Assembly: GCA_002269645.1 (NCBI GenBank)
Contig: NIVC01001554.1
Coordinates: 62,001 to 126,000, forward strand
From: Macrostomum lignano
Lineage: Eukaryota
DNA length: 64,000 nucleotides
Direction of reading: 5' to 3'
Positions 13,601 to 25,583 of the stretch are shown one piece after another (positions within the stretch are counted from its first letter, which is position 1; the number at the start of each line of letters is the position of its first letter). A model generated the notes under the pieces. It saw only the letters and a list, made by a program, of their open reading frames with translations. It was not told the origin of the DNA and made no database searches. The position numbers and the translations under genes are program-made.

Positions 13601-16600
13601 AAGGATATGGTTGTGATGGCTTCTAAGGATGTGGTTGTGATGGCTTCTAAGGATATGGTTGTGATGGCTTCTAAGGGTATGGTTGTGATGCTTCTAAGGA
13701 TATGGTTGTGATGGCTTCTAAGGATATGGTTGTGATGGCTTCTAAGGATATGGTTGTGATGGCTTCTAAGGATGTGGTTGTGATGGCTTCTAAGGATTTG
13801 GTTGTGATGGCTTCTAAGGATATGGTTGTGATGGCTTCTAAGGATGTGGTTGTGATGGCTTCTAAGGACGTGGTTGTGATGGCTTCTAAGGATGTGGTTG
13901 TGATGGCTTCTAAGGACGTGGTTGTGATGGCTTCTAAGGGATGTGGTTGTGATGGCTTCTAAGGATATGGTTGTGATGGCTTCTAAGGGATGTGGTTGTG
14001 ATGGCTTCTAAGGGATGTGGTTGTGATGGCTTCTAAGGATATGGTTGTGATGGCTTCTAAGGATATGGTTGTGATGGCTTCTAAGGGACGTGGTTGTGAT
14101 GGCTTCTAAGGGATATGGTTGTGATGGCTTCTAAGGATATGGTTGTGATGGCTTCTAAGGGATGTGGTTGTGATGGCTTCTAAGGGATGTGGTTGTGATG
14201 GCTTCTAAGGATATGGTTGTGATGGCTTCTAAGGATATGGTTGTGATGGCTTCTAAGGGATGTGGTTGTGATGGCTTCTAAGGACGTGGTTGTGATGGCT
14301 TCTAAGGGATGTGGTTGTGATGGCTTCTAAGGATATGGTTGTGATGGCTTCTAAGGATATGGTTGTGATGGCTTCTAAGGGATGTGGTTGTGATGGCTTC
14401 TAAGGGATGTGGTTGTGATGGCTTCTAAGGATATGGTTGTGATGGCTTCTAAGGATATGGTTGTGATGGCTTCTAAGGGATGTGGTTGTGATGGCTTCTA
14501 AGGACGTGGTTGTGATGGCTTCTAAGGATATGGTTGTGATGGCTTCTAAGGATATGGTTGTGATGGCTTCTAAGGGATGTGGTTGTGATGGCTTCTAAGG
14601 ATATGGTTGTGATGGCTTCTAAGGATATGGTTGTGATGGCTTCTAAGGATATGGTTGTGATGGCTTCTAAGGGATGTGGTTGTGATGGCTTCTAAGGACG
14701 TGGTTGTGATGGCTTCTAAGGATATGGTTGTGATGGCTTCTAAGGATATGGTTGTGATGGCTTCTAAGGGATGTGGTTGTGATGGCTTCTAAGGGATGTG
14801 GTTGTGATGGCTTCTAAGGATATGGTTGTGATGGCTTCTAAGGATATGGTTGTGATGGCTTCTAAGGGATGTGGTTGTGATGGCTTCTAAGGGATGTGGT
14901 TGTGATGGCTTCTAAGGATATGGTTGTGATGGCTTCTAAGGATATGGTTGTGATGGCTTCTAAGGGATGTGGTTGTGATGGCTTCTAAGGACGTGGTTGT
15001 GATGGCTTCTAAGGGATGTGGTTGTGATGGCTTCTAAGGACGTGGTTGTGATGGCTTCTAAGGGATGTGGTTGTGATGGCTTCTAAGGATATGGTTGTGA
15101 TGGCTTCTAAGGGATGTGGTTGTGATGGCTTCTAAGGGATGTGGTTGTGATGGCTTCTAAGGATATGGTTGTGATGGCTTCTAAGGATATGGTTGTGATG
15201 GCTTCTAAGGGACGTGGTTGTGATGGCTTCTAAGGATATGGTTGTGATGGCTTCTAAGGATATGGTTGTGATGGCTTCTAAGGGATGTGGTTGTGATGGC
15301 TTCTAAGGGATGTGGTTGTGATGGCTTCTAAGGATATGGTTGTGATGGCTTCTAAGGGTATGGTTGTGATGCTTCTAAGGATATGGTTGTGATGGCTTCT
15401 AAGGATATGGTTGTGATGGCTTCTAAGGATATGGTTGTGATGGCTTCTAAGGATGTGGTTGTGATGGCTTCTAAGGATTGGTTGTGATGGCTTCTAAGGA
15501 TATGGTTGTGATGGCTTCTAAGGGATGTGGTTGTGATGGCTTCTAAGGACGTGGTTGTGATGGCTTCTAAGGGATGTGGTTGTGATGGCTTCTAAGGACG
15601 TGGTTGTGATGGCTTCTAAGGGATGTGGTTGTGATGGCTTCTAAGGATATGGTTGTGATGGCTTCTAAGGATGTGGTTGTGATGGCTTCTAAGGGATGTG
15701 GTTGTGATGGCTTCTAAGGATATGGTTGTGATGGCTTCTAAGGATATGGTTGTGATGGCTTCTAAGGGACGTGGTTGTGATGGCTTCTAAGGGATATGGT
15801 TGTGATGGCTTCTAAGGATATGGTTGTGATGGCTTCTAAGGGATGTGGTTGTGATGGCTTCTAAGGGATGTGGTTGTGATGGCTTCTAAGGATATGGTTG
15901 TGATGGCTTCTAAGGATATGGTTGTGATGGCTTCTAAGGGATGTGGTTGTGATGGCTTCTAAGGACGTGGTTGTGATGGCTTCTAAGGGATATGGTTGTG
16001 ATGGCTTCTAAGGATATGGTTGTGATGGCTTCTAAGGATATGGTTGTGATGGCTTCTAAGGGATGTGGTTGTGGTGGCTTCTAAGGATATGGTTGTGATG
16101 GCTTCTAAGGACGTGGTTGTGGTGTCAGAGGACGTGGTTGTGATGGCTTCTAAGGGACGTGGTTGTGGTGTCAGAGGACGTGGTTGTGATGGCTTCTAAG
16201 GGACGTGGTTGTGGTGTCAGAGGACGTGGTTGTGATGGCTTCTAAGGGACGTGGTTGTGGTGTCAGAGGACGTGGTTGTGATGTCAGAGGACGTGGTTGT
16301 GGTGTCAGAGGACGTGGTTGTGATGGCTTCTAAGGGACGTGGTTGTGGTGTCAGAGGACGTGGTTGTGATGGCTTCTAAGGGACGTGGTTGTGGTGTCAG
16401 AGGACGTGGTTGTGATGGCTTCTAAGGGACGTGGTTGTGGTGTCAGAGGACGTGGTTGTGATGGCTTCTAAGGGACGTGGTTGTGATGTCAGAGGACGTG
16501 GTTGTGGTGTCAGAGGACGTGGTTGTGATGGCTTCTAAGGGACGTGGTTGTGGTGTCAGAGGACGTGGTTGTGATGTCAGAGGACGTGGTTGTGGTGTCA

Positions 16601-18048
16601 GAGGACGTGGTTGTGATGGCTTCTAAGGGACGTGGTTGTGGTGTCAGAGGACGTGGTTGTGATGGCTTCTAAGGGACGTGGTTGTGGTGTCAGAGGACGT
16701 GGTTGTGATGGCTTCTAAGGGACGTGGTTGTGATGTCAGAGGACGTGGTTGTGGTGTCAGAGGACGTGGTTGTGATGGCTTCTAAGGGACGTGGTTGTGG
16801 TGTCAGAGGACGTGGTTGTGATGTCAGAGGACGTGGTTGTGGTGTCAGAGGACGTGGTTGTGATGGCTTCTAAGGGACGTGGTTGTGGTGTCAGAGGACG
16901 TGGTTGTGATGTCAGAGGACGTGGTTGTGGTGTCAGAGGACGTGGTTGTGATGGCTTCTAAGGGACGTGGTTGTGGTGTCAGAGGACGTGGTTGTGATGG
17001 CTTCTAAGGGACGTGGTTGTGATGTCAGAGGACGTGGTTGTGGTGTCAGAGGACGTGGTTGTGATGGCTTCTAAGGGACGTGGTTGTGGTGTCAGAGGAC
17101 GTGGTTGTGATGTCAGAGGACGTGGTTGTGGTGTCAGAGGACGTGGTTGTGATGGCTTCTAAGGGACGTGGTTGTGGTGTCAGAGGACGTGGTTGTGATG
17201 GCTTCTAAGGGACGTGGTTGTGGTGTCAGAGGACGTGGTTGTGATGGCTTCTAAGGGACGTGGTTGTGATGTCAGAGGACGTGGTTGTGGTGTCAGAGGA
17301 CGTGGTTGTGATGGCTTCTAAGGGACGTGGTTGTGGTGTCAGAGGACGTGGTTGTGATGTCAGAGGACGTGGTTGTGGTGTCAGAGGACGTGGTTGTGAT
17401 GGCTTCTAAGGGACGTGGTTGTGGTGTCAGAGGACGTGGTTGTGATGTCAGAGGACGTGGTTGTGGTGTCAGAGGACGTGGTTGTGATGGCTTCTAAGGG
17501 ACGTGGTTGTGGTGTCAGAGGACGTGGTTGTGATGGCTTCTAAGGGACGTGGTTGTGGTGTCAGAGGACGTGGTTGTGATGTCAGAGGACGTGGTTGTGG
17601 TGTCAGAGGACGTGGTTGTGATGGCTTCTAAGGGACGTGGTTGTGGTGTCAGAGGACGTGGTTGTGGTGTCAGAGGACGTGGTTGTGGTGTCAGAGGACG
17701 TGGTTGTGGTGTCAGAGGACGTGGTTGTGGTGTCAGAGGACGTGGTTGTGACGGCGTCATACTTTTTAGTAAATTAATTTAGCACATGCTTGTTAATAAT
17801 GAAATTTGTGAAAATATTTATGGAAATATTTATTTCCATTTCATAGAATTTTACAAGCAAAACAATTCGTTGGAAGCCTCTTTGGTTGTCCACCCACCTC
17901 TGGCCTCGTCCTCGGTGAATCCGCACTCCACAGCTTCGTCAATGCGCTCCTGCGGTATCTGCAGTGATGACGCAGTGGATTACTTCTCATATTTTAATCA
18001 ATTCTTGATAATCCATAACTTGATACTTACATAATCAGACTCAGACAT
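7648..18048 (-). CDS. Calmodulin-like 4-EF-hand protein, 178 aa (exons 18048-18031, 17958-17898, 9527-9387, 9297-9197, 8379-8229, 7712-7648)
   Basis: Exons total 537 nt, all introns GT-AG: MSESDY/IPQERIDEAVECGFTEDEAR/VVYSCFQLFDADNSGSIDETELRNVMQ...EEVDT/DGNGTVSFKEFCAM...LRKAFS/VFDTDGSGYVDRQELKDG...VDMDGDGQLSIE/EFARVLTMSVKDMIEQNQPAE*; four canonical 12-residue EF loops. Confidence 0.9.
7785..8195. repeat. 30-bp intronic minisatellite
   Basis: Unit CCACCAGATCTTCAGTGCCAGCCCCCCTGT with C-run length variation; lies in the last intron of the calmodulin-like gene. Confidence 0.95.
8418..8647 (+). mobile_element. tRNA-derived CORE-type SINE, near full length
   Basis: A-box-like TGGCTAGAGCG (8441), B-box GGTTCGATTC (8477), then TCCTTGAGCAAGACACTTAAC...CTTCAGTTCACCCAGCTGTAAAATGGGT resembling the MIR/CORE domain; second copy at 25274. 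Confidence 0.7.
9750..17750. repeat. 8-kb two-domain satellite in intron 2 of the calmodulin-like gene
   Basis: 9750-16120: 24/25-bp unit TGGTTGTGATGGCTTCTAAGG(G)AYR, roughly 260 copies by length. 16120-17750: mix of that unit with a 21-bp unit GTGGTTGTGRTGTCAGAGGAC. Confidence 0.98.
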
Positions 18049-21000
18049 GGCTGCAGCAGTGCTGTATTTGGCGAGTCACTGGGGGCGAGAGTAATAGGAG
18101 TGCGAACGCGGTCGCCAAGGAGTGAGCGTCAAGCTTTATTGAGTAACTGTGTACTCGAAAGTATGCCAGTCTGTCACCCAGCGTAGCAGTTTGAATTGCT
18201 TCATTTTCTATTTGCTTTAGCCTGCTGCACTCGCTGTGCAACAAATAGCAATGCCCCTGCGGCTGAGTGCTCTCGTGGGGTTGCGCTACTGGCAGGTTTT
18301 TGTGAACGTAATTACAGCCAGAGCCTATAGAGCCCTCTGCTGAGCTCAACTCTAGCTTTAGCCGTTGCCATTGGCAGCAGATGTACGCAAGTTGAGAAAG
18401 AGAAGAGAGAGCTAAAGAGAGGGAGAGAGGTGAGACAAGATAAGAAACGATTCTGCTTTCTGTAGCAATTATTATGTACCATTAGATAGATTTTGATGAT
18501 ATACTTATCCCTATTATATGGCTGGTATATATGTACATGCGAATCAATCCACATTTGACTTTTATTCAGGAGGAAGTAGATTAACTAGAAACTGAACTCT
18601 AAATTGAAACTTTCAGGATCAACAACTTGCTACATGTAATCGTGTTTAGCCGAATAATCGAACAGTAACGTAACGGAAAGACTTACTAATTGCATCATAA
18701 GCATCTAATTAGCTACTATGCTACTAGGCATGAGAATACCTGCGCAAACCCCTGGGCTCTCTGGCGCTGAAGAGAGTATACAGCCGCCAGGCCTCGCCCC
18801 CCCCCCGGCCCCCCAGACTTTGTCCACCTCTGGATGGTGCGGTAGCTGACGCTTGCGACCGAGATCCCTGTGCGGGAGTACACCCGGTATAAACTCCCAC
18901 TAATGAGACAGGTGTCAGAGTAGGTCGCAAAGATGAGGAGGAGTGGACATTTAGCGGGTGCCTATTGGGGAGGATCCTGAAGATCTAGGAGCAATCATGC
19001 AAAGTTTAGGGGAAACTAAACTTGGTCCTATAGGGGGAGATCGGCGGTTCCGGTACTGATTTTACCGGGGAAGGTTCGGTCTCGCGGGAAAACAATACAA
19101 GGGACGGAAACTAGTGAAACGAGTACAGGTCCCGATCGAGGTGTTGAGTCTGAGGGCTCAAAACGGGTTCCTATTTACGCGTATAGCCCTGCTGAGATCA
19201 CTCGTCATGCGATCACGTGAGTCGTTACTTGTCCCTGACCTCCATTACCAAGCAACCCTGATGACGTCACTGTCTAGCCACGCTGCGATTGGACGAGAAA
19301 TTGGGGTGGGGCGCACGGTGGAGAATTTTTTTATGATAGAGAAGTGGGATTTAATTATGGGATTACGTAACCACGGGGAAAGCTAGCTTGGGAAGATAAG
19401 TGGTCATAAAACTGTCACACGCATGAATTATTTCTAACAATAGAAAAGAGGTGGGGTTGGATGATAAGCATTTGAGTCCTCGTGATGACTCATCCCGGCC
19501 GTAATAAGTCATTGCGGGGCCCAATGATCACAGGGAGGGAAAGGAGGTGCGCAAAAGTTAGTGGGGAGGCCCAGGACGCTACTAAATCAAAATTTATTCT
19601 TCGAGTAATGGTTCTTTTTAACTACCTGTAGTTCATAGTATAAATATTTGTCCGAGTAGAAATCGTTTCTTTTGAACCAAACGCTACGACGAAATCAAGT
19701 GTTTCTCGATTCGAGAGGATTTCCTAATAGATTCACATGCAGGCATTTGTCATGGTATATCTATCGAAATTCGCTGCTGATATGCTACATATGTCACATT
19801 AGCTTGAGCCTTAAAAATATCGAACTCTTAAAAGTAGCCAATGTACTTTTGTTTATTTACGAATGAAATAATACCTATAGTTAGGAGGGAGCATGGCCTC
19901 TATAAAAATTGCTTTGTTGGCAAGTTCGAATTTCGGTAGGCACCTACTAGGGTATACTGATAATTTTAAGTGGCGTTTGTATGCAAAACGATGCATCACT
20001 TTCGGCACCTAGTGGTTATACTAATGCATGTGATGGGTTTCGGCTTCTTAGAGAAAAGCCTTTGGGCCTCAGGTCTCAGAAATAAATCAATTAGAGTCCT
20101 GGCCCCCCACTCCTGTCAGATGGTCAGCCCCAAGGCAGCTTGATTTATGGCGAGCAGTCTAGGTCCTATAGCTAAGAGAGGGACAGCGAGAGACGAGCAG
20201 GGAGAATTTTGAAGGTAGAGATCAGCTAATCAGCGGATTAACTAACCCACTACCACCAGCCCGTGCGTTCTGGCTCACCAAACCGGAACTTTCGAAATCG
20301 GGCTTTCGACTAGAAGGGGCTTCAGCACTTACCTGCCAACTAGTGTCTTTTCGCTGTCAATCTCGAAGTCATAGCCGATCATAAGGGACACTGCTGGGAC
20401 TAGATCGCATTGGCCATGCAGGTACAGAGAGAACTTGTGCAGGGGATTCTTGCAGTGGCGAGACTATGGGGTAGCTACATGTACTATACATTGCTAAATA
20501 CGAAGATATGTACTTTTGGCCTTCAACGCGCCAACCAGCCTCTCGTAGCGCTGATGATAGACTAACCCGAACCCAGAGACCGCATGATTCACCACCCGAG
20601 CCACTTGGCGAATCTAGAGTGCATAGGAGCACATCTCTGGCGCCGATTTTGCACTATTGGCAATTTTGCTAACTGATTTGATAGAACTGCCTCGCCATTG
20701 GTTCACTGTGCCGGCGCCTACTAGCTTAGCTACTCATCTGAGCCATCGGCGAACAAAGAAATAATACCGATAAATATAACTGTCAGATTTAACCTTCTCA
20801 CTAAATAACTTCACACTTCAGATTGAAATGGAGTAATCAGACTACTATCAGTATTATTGACTGATTTCTGCCTCAGTAACAGCACTACTGAACAAAATGA
20901 ACAAAAATGTGCGCCTAATCCAGCTACTGAAATAGGGGACTGACAAGGAATCACCCAATCAAGCAATTCTAGGTAGCCTCTCACCCAACCAATCAGAAAC

Positions 21001-21063
21001 TCGACAGCCGGAGGCCAGGTAATCCACAGTGACCGAATCGGCTTAGTGCTTCGCAGCTGTAGG

Positions 21064-21148
21064 CCCGGGATGATGATGTCATAGTCTTTACTGATAGCTA
21101 GCAGCTAGGTGATGATCTTGACCTCGATGATTGATGCAGCTGACCGGG
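21064..21148 (+). ncRNA. Candidate box C/D snoRNA
   Basis: CCCGG stem (21064-68), C box ATGATGA (21070-76), D' CTGA (21091-94), C' GTGATGA (21109-15), D CTGA (21140-43), closing CCGGG (21144-48); 85 nt. No convincing rRNA guide recognised, and the region has other TGATGA words. Confidence 0.45.
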
Positions 21149-21321
21149 GGATTCGCCCTTAATGATGAAGGGGGGTTGTTGCAATCCGGGGATCAAGGGA
21201 CGACGGTCAGGTGTCGGTTAGAACGAGGTTAGGGGCGGTGCCCGGTTAGGCCAAGGTCCGCCGAGCCAGAGGTTTGTCCGCGTTTGTCCGCGGTTGAGTC
21301 CGAGCGGGCCAAAAACATCGG

Positions 21322-21427
21322 TTTATATAGCCGCCAACTGGACCGCAATTTAATTGATAAAATGGAACACCTCGACACTGATTGGCCGAGCCGATTTGTT
21401 ATAACTGACGTCGAATTTTCTGATTGG
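21322..21427 (-). promoter_or_regulatory. Pol II core-promoter-like module (two CCAAT boxes and a TATA box), no downstream ORF
   Basis: Minus strand: CCAAT at 21423-27 and 21381-85, then CTATATAAA at 21330-21322, in the usual order and spacing. Confidence 0.3.
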
Positions 21428-24400
21428 CTGAGCTTGTTGCCACCCAAACTCACGTTACCAAAAGATCCTATCAGTTTCCTCGGGGCCATAAAAATACGCC
21501 AGGTGCGGTCATAATCACTCAAAATCGCTATACATTATGATTTATGACCATGACATACGTAGAAATTACAAAAATTAAAGAAAAAATATACATAAAAAGA
21601 TCTTATTAAGTAGAAAGTGAAAATGGTGAAGAGAAATCGATAATCTCTAATCCCAAAGTACTTTTAGGGGTAAAACGCATAGCTGTCAAAGCTGTCACAC
21701 GCTTGAGTGAACACGAACAATAGGACTGACCTAAAAAATCTGATGGCCTGTCAAAAATGATGAGAAACAAGCTAACCGCCCGCATCCACTCAGACCATCT
21801 GGCGCCAGCCTCAATACTGAGTGAGGCGCAGGTGGCTGATGTCAGACAAGCTCGCAAGCAATGATTTACGACCCAGCTCGAATTTACGAAATTTTAACTT
21901 TCGAAATATTTACGAAAAACAGCGAAAACCGCGCCTATATGTTATTATGACTACAAGTATGGTAAAAATCACATAGCTAAAAAAATCCTACTAGTATGAA
22001 TTCTAGGAAAATTTCATCAAAAGGAGAAAAATGCCCATAGTCTGCTGTGTTAGTAAGCTAACAAGTTTGGAACCCATGTACGAGCGTGATCAGATTTGGA
22101 AAAAGTGCGTTCTCATCACATGTACTACTGCGATGATCGATCGACGGCATTTTTGTCAGATTTGACACGCCACCGCTGCATACCGTATGTATCTGCTCTC
22201 GTATCAACAAACTTTTATCATGGATTAAGGCTCGTTCACTAGCATCATATTACGTCAAAAGTTCAATTTTGTGAGATCACACGGCTTGTACATTGGTTGT
22301 GTGATTTGAAGGCTCATAAATTTGATAGCAGTGTGAATCGGCTTTTAAAAAGGATTACTGGATTCTCCGCATATCTAATAAACAGATGCAAATTTATTTG
22401 ATAAATCTTGCAGTTTTTTTAAGACTAATAATAAAAAATAATTTTGGCGCGGTGCATAACCCGACTGTACGTACGTTTCTTATAATAATTTTGTACGTTA
22501 AATTGGCCGGGTGCCACAGAAATCTAAATGTACATACATGTATAGCAACAGTATCAATTTACAGTACTTCTGTTCTGATGTGCATTTTTTCTGCAGTGCA
22601 CTCAGCTGACACATGCACACCTCGTACTTAAGTTGGAGTCGTGTTGTACTGTTAACAAAGGGGATGGGGTTGGTCTGACAGCAGACGGCTAATATCTGAA
22701 GCCTTGGTTACGATCGATAAATCAGACTTAAAGATACTTGTCGCCGTATTTGCTTTTGCCGAAAAATTGTCAGTGTTAAATTTCTGTTGCAGAATTTGTT
22801 TGTCGCCGAATTTGCGTGCATCTGTTAAATTTGTATTACATAATTCTTAGAACCGTAGACGACGAGGCCAGTTAATAAGTCACTAATTGGTAATTGGGAG
22901 TTTTTCTAGATTCACCACATTGTACCAAAGCACGTAACTGGTTCATGTTAGCTGAGTATGCTAAGTGACTGGTTTCGAAATAGAAATTTCAATTGCTAAA
23001 TTACTTGCTTTTGATAGACATTTATTTGATGGTTTAAAAAATGAAAAATAAAGAAACATTTCTGTCAACTTTTCTATCAACTTTTCTATCAACTTTTGTG
23101 TCAACTTTTCCATCATTCTTTATATTATTCACATGTTTATGTCTATGAAAATGACTTAACAACATCATTAGTATTTTTTAATTTCAAATATATTCAAATG
23201 CACTATCCATTTTCCATTTTTTGCTTTAATATATAGTTATATTCCCATTTTTTGCTTTTAATGCTTTTAAATGTATTCACAGGGGCGTCACCATTCGGGG
23301 GGAGACAGGCAAAAACTATAGGCCCAAGTACATATGCCAACAATGTACCTTAATTGTCCTTCCTCCCAACTCCACCTTGTGAACCATTATGGTAGTCAAT
23401 AATTTTGCTTTAGGGCAACAAAACATAGTCTGCAGTGCCATAATGAGTGCTGACAATACCAATAGCTGAAAGTTAATAGAAAAGTTGATACAAAAAGTTG
23501 ACAGAAAATTTGATCCAAAAATTGACAGAATTGTTAATGGAAAATTTGATAGAATAGTTGATAGAAATGTAAATGGAATAATTGACAGAAAAGTTGATAG
23601 AAAAGTTTGATGAAAAAGTAGGTCCCTAAACAGAATTGTTGACAGAAAAGTTTATGGCTAAAGTTATAGCCTATTCATACTTTTGGAGATGCTCTGTAAT
23701 ACCTGCAACAAGGCATCTTCAACTTCTTGAAAGCTATTAAAGTTTATATCCCAAAGTGCATTATTTAGCCAGAGGAATATAAATTGGTCATAGGTTTGGA
23801 TTAGGACTATAGGGGCTTTACTAAATCATGGTGATAGCATGCTCTTTTACAGGAAAACCCCAAGAGTGGTGCAACATATGGTTAAGCATTGTTCATATAT
23901 AAGCTAATGGAAACTAACCTAGGATAGAAAAATTGCCAAAAATGCAATACATTTTGCAATTAAGCAAAATATGCAATTATGCACTAAAACTTTACAACAA
24001 AATATGTCAAAATTATATCAAAAAGTGCAGATATGCAATAGTAAAATGATATTCTTGCAAATAAAACAAAAATGAATACAGTTTGTTTTTTTTTACCCTA
24101 GAATTGTTGCCTATTTATCTTAGAATTGTTTATCTAGCTTTGCCAAATTGACTTTTGGCCAATTACTTTTAGCAAAAAGGTTTTAGCAAATTGTCTAATA
24201 ATTATATTTGAGCATGTTTAAAATCTATATAATCTAAAAAGAAATTTGGATTCAAATTGAAATTTTATTTAATATGAAGAAGGAAACACAAGGATAAATC
24301 TTGGTATTTTTGGATAAAGAAGTCTTTCTAATAGATTAGTATATTTTGCTATAATATAATTATTGATCTCATTAAAGTATTAGGAAGGCAATGCCTTTCA

Positions 24401-25029
24401 AACATAATTATTAGATAGGGTCTAGGCAATTGCCTACCCTACCCCCTCTCCTAATAGCTTTGCCAAACCTGGCCATTAGGTAAGCAATGATTTAAATATA
24501 TAAAAGTTGTCTATAATGTTTTTTAGATTTGCTTTAATAGGACCTAATAATAGATAAAAATCCATATTTTTTATTTTATATAATGTTAGTTAATATTGGC
24601 ATTGATCCTAATATAAATCATTTTGTATTTAATATCAAAAAACTTATAAATGATTTACATGACTATTTTAAGTCTAAAATAGCATGAACATTGCCATTAG
24701 AAATTATCAAAAGTAAAAAAATGTCATCCTTAATTTATAGCCTTTCTTAGTTAGATATTAAGTTTTTAGATAGCCATATTTACTAAGACTAGGTCTAAGA
24801 AAAGACAAATTTGAAATTTGCTATCATTTATATAGCCTATATGCTCTTTTTGAAAATTTTGGCAGTTTAATATTCTAGGATACATACGCAGTCATATGCA
24901 CAGGCACACATTCACACAGTTACAGGAGTGTATAGTGGCCCTGACTTTATTTATCATTAGGCATGTACACTTCACTGTGCCTTGGAGGTTGGCCCTCAAG
25001 CTGGGCATTAATTGCACAAGCAGAGCCAA

Positions 25030-25131
25030 GCCGAGATTCCAATTTAGCCGCAAGTTAATGTGACTGCACTTGGAATCGAGCCTGCACTGCTGGCACATCA
25101 GAGCGCTGCACTAGACCACTAGGCTATGGCC
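25030..25131 (-). mobile_element. tRNA-like SINE head (second family)
   Basis: Minus strand GGCCATAGCCTAGTGGTCTAGTGCAGCGCTCTGATGTGCCAGCAGTGCAGGCTCGATTCC: A box TAGCCTAGTGG and B box GGCTCGATTCC, but no clean cloverleaf; partial copy at 2649. Confidence 0.5.
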
Positions 25132-25273
25132 TCCTGAGCTTGTGGAGACACTTTGTTCCCCAGTTCAGGCGACAAAAGATGGCATTTCAGTCAATTATTT
25201 TAGCTCAAAGAAAGCTCAAAGCTTCATGCTGATGTCCTCCTTATATTTTGTCATTGTAATTTGCCTCTGGATG

Positions 25274-25454
25274 TGTCCTTGAGCAAGACACTGAACTCTT
25301 TGCATTGCTTCAGTTCACCCAGCTGTAAAATGGGTGCCAGCATTAACTGGGGTAATTGAGGGTGTGTGTGGCGACCCCCCCCCAGTCCTTGGACTGAACA
25401 GCCGTATGCAGCCTTCAGATGCTGCGCGCAATAGCTGATTGTTGCTATTATTAT
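25274..25454 (+). mobile_element. 5'-truncated CORE-type SINE
   Basis: About 160 nt nearly identical to 8490-8645, ending in a TTGCTATTATTAT tail. Confidence 0.75.
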
Positions 25455-25583
25455 CTAAATAATGAAAGCTTGGTATCTTTGCCTAAAAATTTGGATGAAA
25501 ATGACAATTCTTTTGAGCAAATTTCACCCAAGTCTGTCCAGAGTAAATCAACCATTTTAATTGGACTTTCTAGCTTACTAAAA

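Noticed and set aside
9750-17750. CRISPR-like appearance and MVVMASKD-type ORFs in the satellite
   Set aside because: Units are head-to-tail with no unique spacers and there are no cas genes; the ORFs come from runs of 24-bp units inside an intron.
18851-18932. Hammerhead-like three-way junction (also CTGATGA at ~19259)
   Set aside because: The core reads CTAATGA...AGAG, or lacks the G-C/GAAA arrangement; invariant hammerhead nucleotides are missing.
22085-22120. Minus-strand GTGATGA...CTGA as a second snoRNA
   Set aside because: No C'/D pair or terminal stem, and the homologous block at 58325-58412 does not keep the boxes.
23060-23650. Inverted 13-bp repeats (CAACTTTTCTAT / AAAAGTTGATAG) as another foldback
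   Set aside because: Short, degenerate, low-complexity arms with no definable termini or TSD.
25030-25131. Genuine tRNA gene
   Set aside because: A and B boxes are present, but acceptor and anticodon stems do not pair and a partial copy occurs at 2649; better explained as a SINE head.
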